A stretch of DNA of 64,000 nt from Bacilli bacterium (GTDB lineage: Bacteria > Bacillota_I > Bacilli_A > RF39 > UBA660): NCBI GenBank assembly GCA_017434825.1, contig JAFSGC010000005.1, positions 3 to 64,002 on the forward strand. Reading direction: 5' to 3'. The position numbers and the translations under genes are program-made. Positions 1-9,086 of this stretch are shown here, one piece after another. Under the pieces are notes generated by a model. The model did no database searches and was not told the origin of the DNA. It saw only the letters and a program-made list of their open reading frames with translations. Numbering within the stretch: the stretch's first letter is position 1; every line of letters starts with the position of its first letter.

Positions 1-1
1 C

Positions 2-886
2 GCTACTCAATGTACAGTTACATGTGGCGGAGGAACAGAATATTATGTTGAATCTTACAAAGATGCATATTTAGATGCGACTTGTCCTGATGTTACTGTA
101 AATACGGGAGAGAGTTGTAATACTCAAGCATGTTGTAGCGAGGGAACATGGACTAAAGGCGATTGCACATTCTATGGGTATAGAGAATATGAAAGATACA
201 ACGAATGTAAAGGCGAATGGGAGTATGAAACACGCACTAAAGCGTGCGCAGGCCCAGACTTCGATTGTTATTGGACTGATTGCGAAGATGGCGTAACAGA
301 GGAAATTTGTTACTACTACTATGGTGACGAATTACAAGATTGGGCCAGAGACGAAGATACATGCGAAGACCCGGACGCTGATATTAAAGGAACGACGCCA
401 TCAATAACTCCAAACGGAAACATTGGTACGCGATATGATGACAACTGCAATTCGTATTTTATTACTACCTGCGCTAGTGCCAGTAATGATTCACTGTGTA
501 ATTACACTCAAATAAATGGTAGATCTCAGTCTGGCACAATTAGAAGAGGAAATTTAAAAACTGCCTTACCAGCTAGTTGTAATCAGCCGACTACTACGAC
601 CAAAGATATATGTGATTACGACGGATCAGAGCTGTTTGGAAGATATAAAGGACATATAACCGGATCGAATGGTGAGAAAAACTACGGCACCTGGTATGGG
701 TCGCTTAGCTTCTCGTATCAATGTTATAATGGCGCCGGATGTTATAGAAGCAATGGTTATGAGAGAATTTGCGTAGCTGATGAATGCGGAATATACAAAG
801 GATGGACAGCAAAACAAATTAAGGATGCCAAAGGTTGCGACTTTTCAAGATTTTGGTGTTCTTGCGCACATGAAGGGAAGTTCTAA
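2..886 (+). CDS. Partial (5'-truncated) Cys-rich extracellular protein, paralog of the 974-aa pilin-like adhesin; contains a thrombospondin type-1-like motif
   Basis: Not in the ORF track. Hand translation of frame 2 is open from base 2 to TAA 884-886: ATQCTVTCGGGTEYY...TGESCNTQACC...GTRYDDNCNSYFITTC...FWCSCAHEGKF*, about 25 Cys in 294 aa. The stop overlaps the next ATG (TAATG). Confidence 0.85.
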   Translation, partial: ATQCTVTCGGGTEYYVESYKDAYLDATCPDVTVNTGESCNTQACCSEGTWTKGDCTFYGYREYERYNECKGEWEYETRTKACAGPDFDCYWTDCEDGVTEEICYYYYGDELQDWARDEDTCEDPDADIKGTTPSITPNGNIGTRYDDNCNSYFITTCASASNDSLCNYTQINGRSQSGTIRRGNLKTALPASCNQPTTTTKDICDYDGSELFGRYKGHITGSNGEKNYGTWYGSLSFSYQCYNGAGCYRSNGYERICVADECGIYKGWTAKQIKDAKGCDFSRFWCSCAHEGKF

Positions 887-1314
887 TGAAAAATAAAATA
901 CTATTAATACTAGGAATATTAATTATACTGTTTGGGATAATTGGAGGCGCATACTTTCTTATGAAAGATGAGCCTTCTTCCCCAACGTCAAATCCGGAAA
1001 ATGGAGAAAAATATCCTGGCACCGGCGGCGAAGAACTTAGAGAGGACTTCTACGACTGGGAAACTGAACTTAATGACAAAATGCTTAAAATGCTTAACGA
1101 AGTTTATCCAGAAAATCATAAATTTGATTTAAATACGGGCGAAACATTGGAAATAAATTTAAATGCATTTGATAAAAAATATAAGCTGGATACTTCTGAT
1201 TTTAATAACGAAAACGTTAAGTGCGATGTATATAAATCCAAAGTAATTGTTTCAAACGATAGTGAATATGGAATAATGCGCGGAGCTCAAGTAGTTTGCG
1301 AAAAATTAAAATAA
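886..1314 (+). CDS. Membrane-anchored small protein with a C-terminal Cys pair (pilin-head-like)
   Basis: N-terminal TM helix (ILLILGILIILFGIIGGAYFL); CD...SKVIV...VVC ending; translationally coupled to the upstream gene. Confidence 0.75.
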   Translation: MKNKILLILGILIILFGIIGGAYFLMKDEPSSPTSNPENGEKYPGTGGEELREDFYDWETELNDKMLKMLNEVYPENHKFDLNTGETLEINLNAFDKKYKLDTSDFNNENVKCDVYKSKVIVSNDSEYGIMRGAQVVCEKLK

Positions 1315-1316
1315 GC

Positions 1317-1352
1317 AAAAGATAGTTTAAATAGCTATCTTTTTTTGTTATA
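1317..1352 (+). terminator. Intrinsic terminator, copy 1 of a 36-bp repeat
   Basis: AAAAGATAG-tttaaatag-CTATCTTTTTTT hairpin plus T-tract; 33/36 identical to 5126-5161. Confidence 0.8.
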
Positions 1353-1379
1353 CTTATACTAGAGAAAAGTAGGGATAAA

Positions 1380-4304
1380 ATGAAAAAGAAAAAAGGATTT
1401 ACTTTAGTGGAGTTACTAGTAGCAATTGTTATATTAGGTTCAATATTAACCTTGGGAGCGTTAGTGGTCTCATCGGTTAATAAAAATGTAAAAGAAAAGC
1501 AATTGCAAAATCTTGAATCTTCAATAAAGGTTGCTGCTAGAAAATATGTAAATGACACAGGTATCAAAAAAGTTTATGTTGAAACTTTAGTTGAAGAAGG
1601 CCTTATAGAGGCTGATGATGAACAAATGGATATTCAAAACCCAATAGATAATACTTCTATGAAATGTTATATAGTAGATTTTTCTACAGACCTTGAAAAT
1701 CCACAATTAGTCCCAGGTACTGCTGACGGGGACAATAATTGCCCACCTGAAAGAATAAATGATTCAAATATCTTCTTAACATATTGTTTGGTTCCAAATG
1801 GGATTTCTGATTGTACTCCTACAACTAAATTAACAAACACAAGTGCTATATATAATAAATGGGTTAATCAAAATATAATACTAGGAGTTGATTATTCTGC
1901 ATGGAAAGCCAAAGAAGCAGACTTTAATCCTGAAAATTTACAAATAAATTGGATTACCCCATATAATCCAACTGGCGTTATTCAGGGAGAAAAATATCCT
2001 GTAGAATTACCAAGCTCAAATTATATTGATAATTTATACCAAGTAAAACTTCATTATAATGGCAAAGATTATGTAACTTCAGGAAGAATAAAAATAGACA
2101 TGCAAGTTCCTGTAGTAAAAGACATGATAGTAGAAAGTTTAAATAAATGGACAACCAAGAAAAAAATGACTCTTCAACTCGAAGACAAAGAATCTGGTTT
2201 ATTGGCATATTCAATATCAACTTCTAATAATGTATCAGACGTTGAATGGACCAATGTTGACGGAAAGTCATCAACAATTAGAAAAGACATATTAGAAAAC
2301 GGAACATACTATGTATGGGTTAAAGATTTAGCAGGTAATACCAATGAAGCTAGCATAGAAGATTCAAAAATAGAAATTAATAAGATTGATAATATACCAC
2401 CAACATGCACTAATAGTGGCGACAACGAGACTTGGACGAATGAAGATATTATTATTTATTGGGGGTGTGCCGATGAAGGCGGATCTGATTGCGAAATTTC
2501 TTCTGGAGGATCTAAAGAATATGATGAAACAACTAAAACAGATACTATTGCCGAGTATATAGTAAAAGATAATGCTGGAAATGAAACAAAGTGTGATTCT
2601 CGTATTGCAAAAGTCTATGTGGACAAAACCGTACCTGAATGCACTCATGGCGGTGATAGCACAGAATGGACTAATGGAAACAGAGTCATAACTTGGGGAT
2701 GTAACGATGAAGATTCAAAGTGCGATCCAAATAATAGTGGAGATAAGAAAGAGTATGATAAAACAACTAAAACAGCCACAATTAACGAATATATAATAAA
2801 AGACAATGCTGGAAACGAAACAAAATGTGAATCGCGAATAGCCAATATATATGTAGATAAAACAAAGCCAACTTGCGCTATTCCGTCGGGATATACAACG
2901 TGGACAAATAGTAACAGAACAATAACTTGGGGATGTAACGATGAAGATTCAAAGTGCGATTCAAATAATAGTGGAGATAAAAAAGATTACACTACTACTA
3001 CCACAACTGATTATATTAATGACTACACAATAAAAGATAACGCGGGTAATAAGCAAGAATGCAAAGTTGGAAGCGTAGGAGTTTATGTTGATAAGGAGAA
3101 TCCTGTAATTCAATCATTCACAATTACAAGCAATCAAGCAGATTACAATTCTAAAAATGTTACTTTATCTATAGAGGCGTCAGATGAATACAGTAAAGTA
3201 GATAAAATTTGTATAACAACCTCTAAAAAGAGTGATAATTGTACTTGGCTGAACATGACAAGCGATACTTACACAAATACTGATTATAACATCTCTACAG
3301 ATGAAGGAACTGGAGATACCAAAACATTATATGCTTTTGTAAAAGACAAAGCGGGTAATATTTCAAACTCTACTAAAGCAACATATACTTTATATGATGA
3401 ATGCGATGAAACGGACTACGTAGATACAATTTATTATTGTGAAGATGATAATGACTGTGGGGGAGCTCAATATAGCTACAAGATAAAAACTGATACATAT
3501 TTAGGAACAAGCTGTAATACGACTCCAAAGAAAACTGGTGAAACTTGTAATTCTGGGTGCGAAGAACCTGAGGAAGATACTGGTGATGAGTATGCATGTG
3601 GTTCAGCGCCAGGTGATAGCTACACCGAACACATTTGTGAGAAGCGATGTATACTTGCATCAAACAAAAAAGTAAAAATAACGTGGTGTGAACCTACAAA
3701 CAAATCAGATGCCAAATGTCATTATGAAGATGGAAATACTACAAAAGAGATTTTAAGAAATAATTTAGGACCCGAGACTTCGTGTGCCACATCAAATGAG
3801 ACAAACGCAAATAAATGTTCTTCAAAAAAAGGGACTTATTACGATTCCGATTGTAACGCGTATAATATAACTTGCTGCACTAGCGGATCGTGTGAATATG
3901 ATGAACGAAACGGGGTTGAAATCAAAGGCACAGTTAAAGAAACAAAGTTAAGTTCTAGTTTATCCCAAAAATGTAAAACAAAAATAATTTGCGCTATTTG
4001 GCTGGGAAAATCAAATGGAAAAGCGAAGTTCTATATGAATAAAAGCATTCCGGAATGCGAAATTATAAAACACGAAAAACTTAGTGGTAAATGTACAATG
4101 GAAAATGGTGGGACTTACTATTTTTTAGGAAATTATTCTTCAGCGGTTAACCAAGGCTGTGGCTGGAAAATTTATACTGCCGGAAAAGTTCTTTCGTATC
4201 AAGGCGAAGATAGGAGCGATAAGAAATGGGTAACATATGACTGTGGAAACGGGAAATTTTGTACTGATAGTTGTGAGCCTGGAAAAGGCGCTTGTTCAAA
4301 TTAG
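1380..4304 (+). CDS. Giant modular type IV pilin-like protein: prepilin N-methylation signal, Ig-like repeats, Cys-rich C-terminus
   Basis: Class III signal MKKKKG|FTLVELLVAIVILG with E5; repeated D..PP.C...W.C.D....KDNAGN units; very Cys-rich last ~300 aa. Confidence 0.85.
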   Translation: MKKKKGFTLVELLVAIVILGSILTLGALVVSSVNKNVKEKQLQNLESSIKVAARKYVNDTGIKKVYVETLVEEGLIEADDEQMDIQNPIDNTSMKCYIVDFSTDLENPQLVPGTADGDNNCPPERINDSNIFLTYCLVPNGISDCTPTTKLTNTSAIYNKWVNQNIILGVDYSAWKAKEADFNPENLQINWITPYNPTGVIQGEKYPVELPSSNYIDNLYQVKLHYNGKDYVTSGRIKIDMQVPVVKDMIVESLNKWTTKKKMTLQLEDKESGLLAYSISTSNNVSDVEWTNVDGKSSTIRKDILENGTYYVWVKDLAGNTNEASIEDSKIEINKIDNIPPTCTNSGDNETWTNEDIIIYWGCADEGGSDCEISSGGSKEYDETTKTDTIAEYIVKDNAGNETKCDSRIAKVYVDKTVPECTHGGDSTEWTNGNRVITWGCNDEDSKCDPNNSGDKKEYDKTTKTATINEYIIKDNAGNETKCESRIANIYVDKTKPTCAIPSGYTTWTNSNRTITWGCNDEDSKCDSNNSGDKKDYTTTTTTDYINDYTIKDNAGNKQECKVGSVGVYVDKENPVIQSFTITSNQADYNSKNVTLSIEASDEYSKVDKICITTSKKSDNCTWLNMTSDTYTNTDYNISTDEGTGDTKTLYAFVKDKAGNISNSTKATYTLYDECDETDYVDTIYYCEDDNDCGGAQYSYKIKTDTYLGTSCNTTPKKTGETCNSGCEEPEEDTGDEYACGSAPGDSYTEHICEKRCILASNKKVKITWCEPTNKSDAKCHYEDGNTTKEILRNNLGPETSCATSNETNANKCSSKKGTYYDSDCNAYNITCCTSGSCEYDERNGVEIKGTVKETKLSSSLSQKCKTKIICAIWLGKSNGKAKFYMNKSIPECEIIKHEKLSGKCTMENGGTYYFLGNYSSAVNQGCGWKIYTAGKVLSYQGEDRSDKKWVTYDCGNGKFCTDSCEPGKGACSN
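2385..3095 (+). repeat. Three intragenic tandem ~234-bp (78-aa) Ig-like repeats
   Basis: ATAACTTGGGGATGTAACGATGAAGATTCAAAGTGCGAT occurs at 2688 and 2922 (period 234); protein units begin DNIPPTC, DKTVPEC, DKTKPTC. Confidence 0.85.
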
Positions 4305-4312
4305 GGAGTAAT

Positions 4313-5134
4313 ATGAAAAAGATAATATATATAATATTAATAATATCAATTATTGTTTTAATTGCCGTTATATCCTTTTTGAAGGGGGTTGAAGATAATA
4401 AAGATCCAATACTTATCGGATGCGTTCAAAAAGGAAACATTTGTAATGAAGCCGCCATTTCTTCGGGAGTTCCTGTTGAAATTAAAGTAAATGATTCCCA
4501 AAAAATAAAATTTTATGTTATTGATAACACAGAAGATAATATGACTTTATTAATGGCAGAAAACCTTGAAGATAATGTTAATTGGCATAATGAACTTATC
4601 AATATTAAAGGTCCGGTAACAGCGATGGAAGTTTTAGGCGAAAATACTAAATCTTGGAGCTTAATTGAAAATATAAATAATTATACCTATGATGACTATG
4701 GATTAAAGTATTTTAATAAGAAATGTTCGTCTATAGATATAAGCGGTTATGATTGTTCGGATGATATCTATGAAGTTAGAGGGTATAAAAAAATAGTATT
4801 ATCTAATAGTTCTTATATAGAATGGAATTTACCTGAAGAAGATGCCATTTATAATTTTGATAATAAGACTTTTAAAGCTCGATTGATTACGGTTGAAGAA
4901 CTTACTAAATTATTGTCAAAAGGTGAAAATAAATGGTTAATAAGTAATTTAAATGAAAATGAAGGGTATTGGACGCTAAGCTCATCCACTGTTCAAAAAA
5001 CTGATTATAACGCAGGTGCATATGCTGTAATAAATCTAGAGGGTAAACCAGTAATTGAACCGGCATATGTAGATATTTATAATAATGACTATAAAATTGG
5101 AATTAGACCGGTAATTGTAGTTGATAAAAGATAG
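4313..5134 (+). CDS. Membrane-anchored extracellular protein, DUF6273-like C-terminal domain
   Basis: RBS AGGGAG before ATG 4313; N-terminal TM; ARLITVEEL, YWTLSS and GIRPVIVV motifs. Confidence 0.7.
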   Translation: MKKIIYIILIISIIVLIAVISFLKGVEDNKDPILIGCVQKGNICNEAAISSGVPVEIKVNDSQKIKFYVIDNTEDNMTLLMAENLEDNVNWHNELINIKGPVTAMEVLGENTKSWSLIENINNYTYDDYGLKYFNKKCSSIDISGYDCSDDIYEVRGYKKIVLSNSSYIEWNLPEEDAIYNFDNKTFKARLITVEELTKLLSKGENKWLISNLNENEGYWTLSSSTVQKTDYNAGAYAVINLEGKPVIEPAYVDIYNNDYKIGIRPVIVVDKR

Positions 5135-5161
5135 TTTAAAACACTATCTTTTTTTGTTATA
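5126..5161 (+). terminator. Intrinsic terminator, copy 2; abuts the TGTTATAAT extended -10 for polA
   Basis: AAAAGATAG-tttaaaaca-CTATCTTTTTTT followed by TGTTATAAT. Confidence 0.8.
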
Positions 5162-5180
5162 ATTAATGTACAGGTGAAAT

Positions 5181-7736
5181 ATGAAAAAAATAGTTTTAAT
5201 AGATGGAAATAATTTAATGTTTCGTAGTTATTATGCAACAGCTTATAATGGCAATATGATGCGTAACAGCAAGGATTTTCCAACAAATGCATTGTATGGT
5301 TTTACTACAATGATTAATAAAATAATATCTGAAGAAGAGCCTAGCTATATTGCTGTAGCTTTTGATATTGGTAAGAACTTTCGAAAACAAGAATTTGATT
5401 TTTATAAAGAAGGTCGTAATGCCACTCCGGAAGAATTAAAAATGCAAATGCCAATTGCAAGAAATCTTTTAGATGCAATGGGAATCTGCCATTTAGAATT
5501 AGAACCGTATGAAGCAGATGATATCATCGGGACTTTAGTAAAAAAAGTTGATGAGGATAATAATTTTGATGCAACTATTATTTCTAGCGACAAGGATTTA
5601 CTTCAATTAATCAATTATGAAACTGACGTAAAACTTTTAAAGCAAACAGGATATATTAGATATAATGAAAAAACTTTCTTTGATGATTATCAAATAGAAC
5701 CGAAGAAAATAATCGATTTAAAAGCATTAATGGGAGATGCTTCGGATAACATTCCTGGTGTTAAAGGAATAGGAGAAAAAACAGCACTTAAACTCTTGGT
5801 GGAATATGGTTCCTTAGAAAATATTTATGAAAACATAGATAATATTAAAGGTAGTGTTCATGACAAACTAGTAAACGATAAAGATAACGCATTTATGTCT
5901 CAAAAAATAGCTACTATTTATACTGATGTTCCGTTGAAAGTTGAACTAGAAAATTTAAAATATAATGGACCCGATTTTGAAAAATTAAAAGAGCTTTATA
6001 CAGAACTTGAGTTTCATTCATTTTTAAAAAATTTAAATGTTCCAAAAGAAGTTAAAGAATATAAGTATATCAGTGTAGATGAGACGATAAACGTTGTTTT
6101 AAAAGATGAAGTTGCGTTATACATTACTACTGACAGCGAAGTATATACAAAAGCTAAGATTATTGGAGCAGCGGTTACTGATGGTAAATATTCATACTAC
6201 TTTGATAAGGATAATCTAGGTAGACTTAACGATGTTCTTAACAATAAAAAAGTCATTACTTATGATCATAAAAAGAACTTATATTATTTAACTAGTGAAA
6301 TGACTTTGCTAGATGACTTGATGATTAGTGCATATTTACTTAATTATAATGTTAAAGATGACCTGGCATTTTTAGCTTCTTCTTTTGGGGAAGAAATAGA
6401 GTATCACTCGGTATTAAATAAAAATTTAAATGTTGATGAAATAGCTAAAAATACTGTACAAAGAGCTAATTTGATTTTTGAAACAAATAAAATTTTAAGA
6501 GAAAAATTAGAAAGCGAAGAGTTAATAGAATTGTATGAAACCATAGAATTACCACTTATCAAAGTATTATCTGATATGGAAAAAGCTGGAGTTAAAGTAG
6601 ACAGAGATGTCTTGATAACTCAAGGAAATGATATATCAAATAAACTTGAAGAACTAACTCAAAAAATATATGAACAAGCTGGCGAAGAATTTAATATAGC
6701 TTCAGTTAAACAACTTGGAGAGGTTCTTTTTGAAAAATTACAAATTGCTAAAGGAAAGAAAAATAAAACTGGATATAAGACTGATGTAGCTACTTTGGAA
6801 AAATTAAAAGATGAACACCCAATTATTGAACTAATATTGGAGTATCGTAACTTAGCAAAATTGAAATCAACATATATTGAAGGTCTACAAAACTGTATCT
6901 TTGCTGATGGCAAAATTCATACAATATTTAAACAAACTATTGCTAGAACCGGAAGACTTTCTTCAGTTGAACCAAATTTACAAAATATACCTGTTAGAGA
7001 AGAACTAGGAAGAAAGATAAGGGAAGCGTTTATTCCCGAAAATGATTTATTTTTAAGCTGCGACTATTCACAAATTGAGCTTAGACTACTTGCACACATT
7101 GCAAATTGCCCTAGTATGATTGAAACATTTAATAATAATGGTGATATTCATACTAAAGTTGCTAGTGATATTAATGGCGTTGATCCTAGCGAAGTGACTA
7201 AAGATATGCGTTCAAAGGCTAAATCAGTAATATTTGGAATTGTGTATGGCATTAGCAGCTATGGATTAATGGAAAATATTCATGTAAATAAAAAAGAAGC
7301 CGATTACTTCATTGAAAAATATTATGCTCTATATCCCGAAGTAAAAGCTTATATGACAAATACAGTTGAAAGAGCAAAAGAATGTGGATATGTAAAAACG
7401 ATGTTTAAGCGTAAAAGAATTATTGATGAAATTAATAATTCAAATTATATGATTCGTCAAACTGGAGAAAGAATGGCAATTAATACTCCAATCCAAGGAA
7501 CTGCTGCTGATATTATTAAACTAGCCATGATTAAGATAAAAGAGGCCTTTACAAAGGAAAATATTAAAAGTAAAATGTTATTGCAAGTTCATGACGAATT
7601 AATTTTTGATGTTAAACAGGAAGAACTTGATAAAGTTACAGAGATTGTAACTAAAACTATGGAAAGTGTTATTGATTTAAAAGTACCACTTAAAGTAAGT
7701 ACAGATACAGGTAAAAACTGGTATGACACAAAATAG
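5181..7736 (+). CDS. polA: DNA polymerase I
   Basis: LIDGNNLMFRSYYA 5'-3' exonuclease start; TGRLSSVEPNLQNIP, DYSQIELR and LLQVHDELIF family A motifs. Confidence 0.98.
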   Translation: MKKIVLIDGNNLMFRSYYATAYNGNMMRNSKDFPTNALYGFTTMINKIISEEEPSYIAVAFDIGKNFRKQEFDFYKEGRNATPEELKMQMPIARNLLDAMGICHLELEPYEADDIIGTLVKKVDEDNNFDATIISSDKDLLQLINYETDVKLLKQTGYIRYNEKTFFDDYQIEPKKIIDLKALMGDASDNIPGVKGIGEKTALKLLVEYGSLENIYENIDNIKGSVHDKLVNDKDNAFMSQKIATIYTDVPLKVELENLKYNGPDFEKLKELYTELEFHSFLKNLNVPKEVKEYKYISVDETINVVLKDEVALYITTDSEVYTKAKIIGAAVTDGKYSYYFDKDNLGRLNDVLNNKKVITYDHKKNLYYLTSEMTLLDDLMISAYLLNYNVKDDLAFLASSFGEEIEYHSVLNKNLNVDEIAKNTVQRANLIFETNKILREKLESEELIELYETIELPLIKVLSDMEKAGVKVDRDVLITQGNDISNKLEELTQKIYEQAGEEFNIASVKQLGEVLFEKLQIAKGKKNKTGYKTDVATLEKLKDEHPIIELILEYRNLAKLKSTYIEGLQNCIFADGKIHTIFKQTIARTGRLSSVEPNLQNIPVREELGRKIREAFIPENDLFLSCDYSQIELRLLAHIANCPSMIETFNNNGDIHTKVASDINGVDPSEVTKDMRSKAKSVIFGIVYGISSYGLMENIHVNKKEADYFIEKYYALYPEVKAYMTNTVERAKECGYVKTMFKRKRIIDEINNSNYMIRQTGERMAINTPIQGTAADIIKLAMIKIKEAFTKENIKSKMLLQVHDELIFDVKQEELDKVTEIVTKTMESVIDLKVPLKVSTDTGKNWYDTK

Positions 7737-7745
7737 GGAGAAAAT

Positions 7746-9086
7746 ATGACATATAATGAAATAAAAGGGAAATATAAGAACTTTATCTATGAAAAATTTG
7801 AGGTTATTGAATTTCCAGAAAGCTATAAAGTTGTATATTATTTTGAAATCGAAGGATTAAAGAAATTTACTCCAAGTTTAGAAATTGAAAAAAAATATAT
7901 TAAAAATCCAAGTATCAATAAAGATTTTCTAAATGATTTGCTGTTTCATGTTGGACTAGTAGAACTAGTTAGCTACTGGAAATGTGCGATGTGCGAAAAT
8001 GTAATTATTAAGGCTGGTCTTTTAGATGAAAAGCAAATAAATTGGTTTAAGAAAATGTATTATTATGGCCTTGGTGAATTTATGTATATAAATAACATCG
8101 ATATAAGTATTGAAGACTTTATGCATATTCATGTAGAGGCACCAAAAATAGCTTATAACGTTAATTACGAAGGCCAAGGCAATTTAATTGCCATTGGTGG
8201 AGGAAAAGACTCTAATGTAAGTTTAAATTTATTAAAAAACATGTACGATGATAATGATGCATTTATGATTAATCCTAAAGCTGTACATTATGAGTGTGCT
8301 AAAGTTGGAGGATACGAAAACAAAAGTATAATAGTTAAAAGGAACTTAGACCAAGGCTTAATAGAACTAAATAAAGAAGGTTTTTTAAACGGTCATACAC
8401 CATTTTCAGCATTAGTATCATTTGTATCACTGCTTACAGCATATTTAACTAATAAAAAGTATATTATCTTATCAAATGAGAGTAGTGCAAACGAAAGCAA
8501 TGTTGAAGGAACTAAAATAAATCATCAATATTCAAAAAGCTATGAATATGAATGTGATTTCAATAATTACGTAAAAGATAATTTTGCAGTAGATATTCAC
8601 TATTTTAGTTTATTAAGGCCGCTTGCAGAAATTCAAATTGCAATGTTATTTGCTAAGTTCAAAGAATATCATAGCGTATTTAAGAGTTGCAACGTAGGCA
8701 GTAAAGCAGAACCATGGCATTGGTGTTGTAACTGTCCAAAATGTTTATTTGTATACATAATATTATGTCCGTTCTTAAGCGATAAAGAACTAAATGACAT
8801 TTTTGGAGAAGATTTATTTACAAAAGAAGATTTATTAGAAACATTCATAGAATTAACAGGGAATTCTGTTCATAAGCCGTTTGAATGCGTAGGTACTTAT
8901 GAAGAAGTAAATTATGCTATATCACGTAAGATAGAAAAATACAATGGTAAGCTTCCATATTTACTTGAATACTATCAAAAACACTTTGAAATTGTCCCAG
9001 AAAACGGATTATTAAAAAGTTTTAATACAGAAAACAATTTACCTGTAGAATTTATAGAGATTGTTAGAGGTGCAATCAATGAGTAA
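7746..9086 (+). CDS. murL: UDP-MurNAc-L-Ala-L-Glu epimerase (MurL-like)
   Basis: GGGKDS PP-loop, LNGHTPFSA, NHQYSKS, SLLRP, WCCNCPKCLF and KPFECVG motifs; overlaps a murD gene. Confidence 0.8.
   Translation: MTYNEIKGKYKNFIYEKFEVIEFPESYKVVYYFEIEGLKKFTPSLEIEKKYIKNPSINKDFLNDLLFHVGLVELVSYWKCAMCENVIIKAGLLDEKQINWFKKMYYYGLGEFMYINNIDISIEDFMHIHVEAPKIAYNVNYEGQGNLIAIGGGKDSNVSLNLLKNMYDDNDAFMINPKAVHYECAKVGGYENKSIIVKRNLDQGLIELNKEGFLNGHTPFSALVSFVSLLTAYLTNKKYIILSNESSANESNVEGTKINHQYSKSYEYECDFNNYVKDNFAVDIHYFSLLRPLAEIQIAMLFAKFKEYHSVFKSCNVGSKAEPWHWCCNCPKCLFVYIILCPFLSDKELNDIFGEDLFTKEDLLETFIELTGNSVHKPFECVGTYEEVNYAISRKIEKYNGKLPYLLEYYQKHFEIVPENGLLKSFNTENNLPVEFIEIVRGAINE

Noticed and set aside
626-3663. Short minus-strand ORFs in the track (626-817, 819-1022, 1217-1567, 1978-2220, 2364-2845, 3373-3663)
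   Set aside because: They are antisense shadows of well-supported plus-strand genes, with no RBS or motifs. The same applies to the shadow ORFs inside polA, the synthetases, dxs, gpsA, smc and others.
4900-5134. Possible diversity-generating retroelement target (YWT...GIRPV C-terminus; also 52388-52600)
   Set aside because: There is no reverse transcriptase in the window, and I saw no template/variable repeat pair differing at adenines. A remote DGR cannot be excluded.
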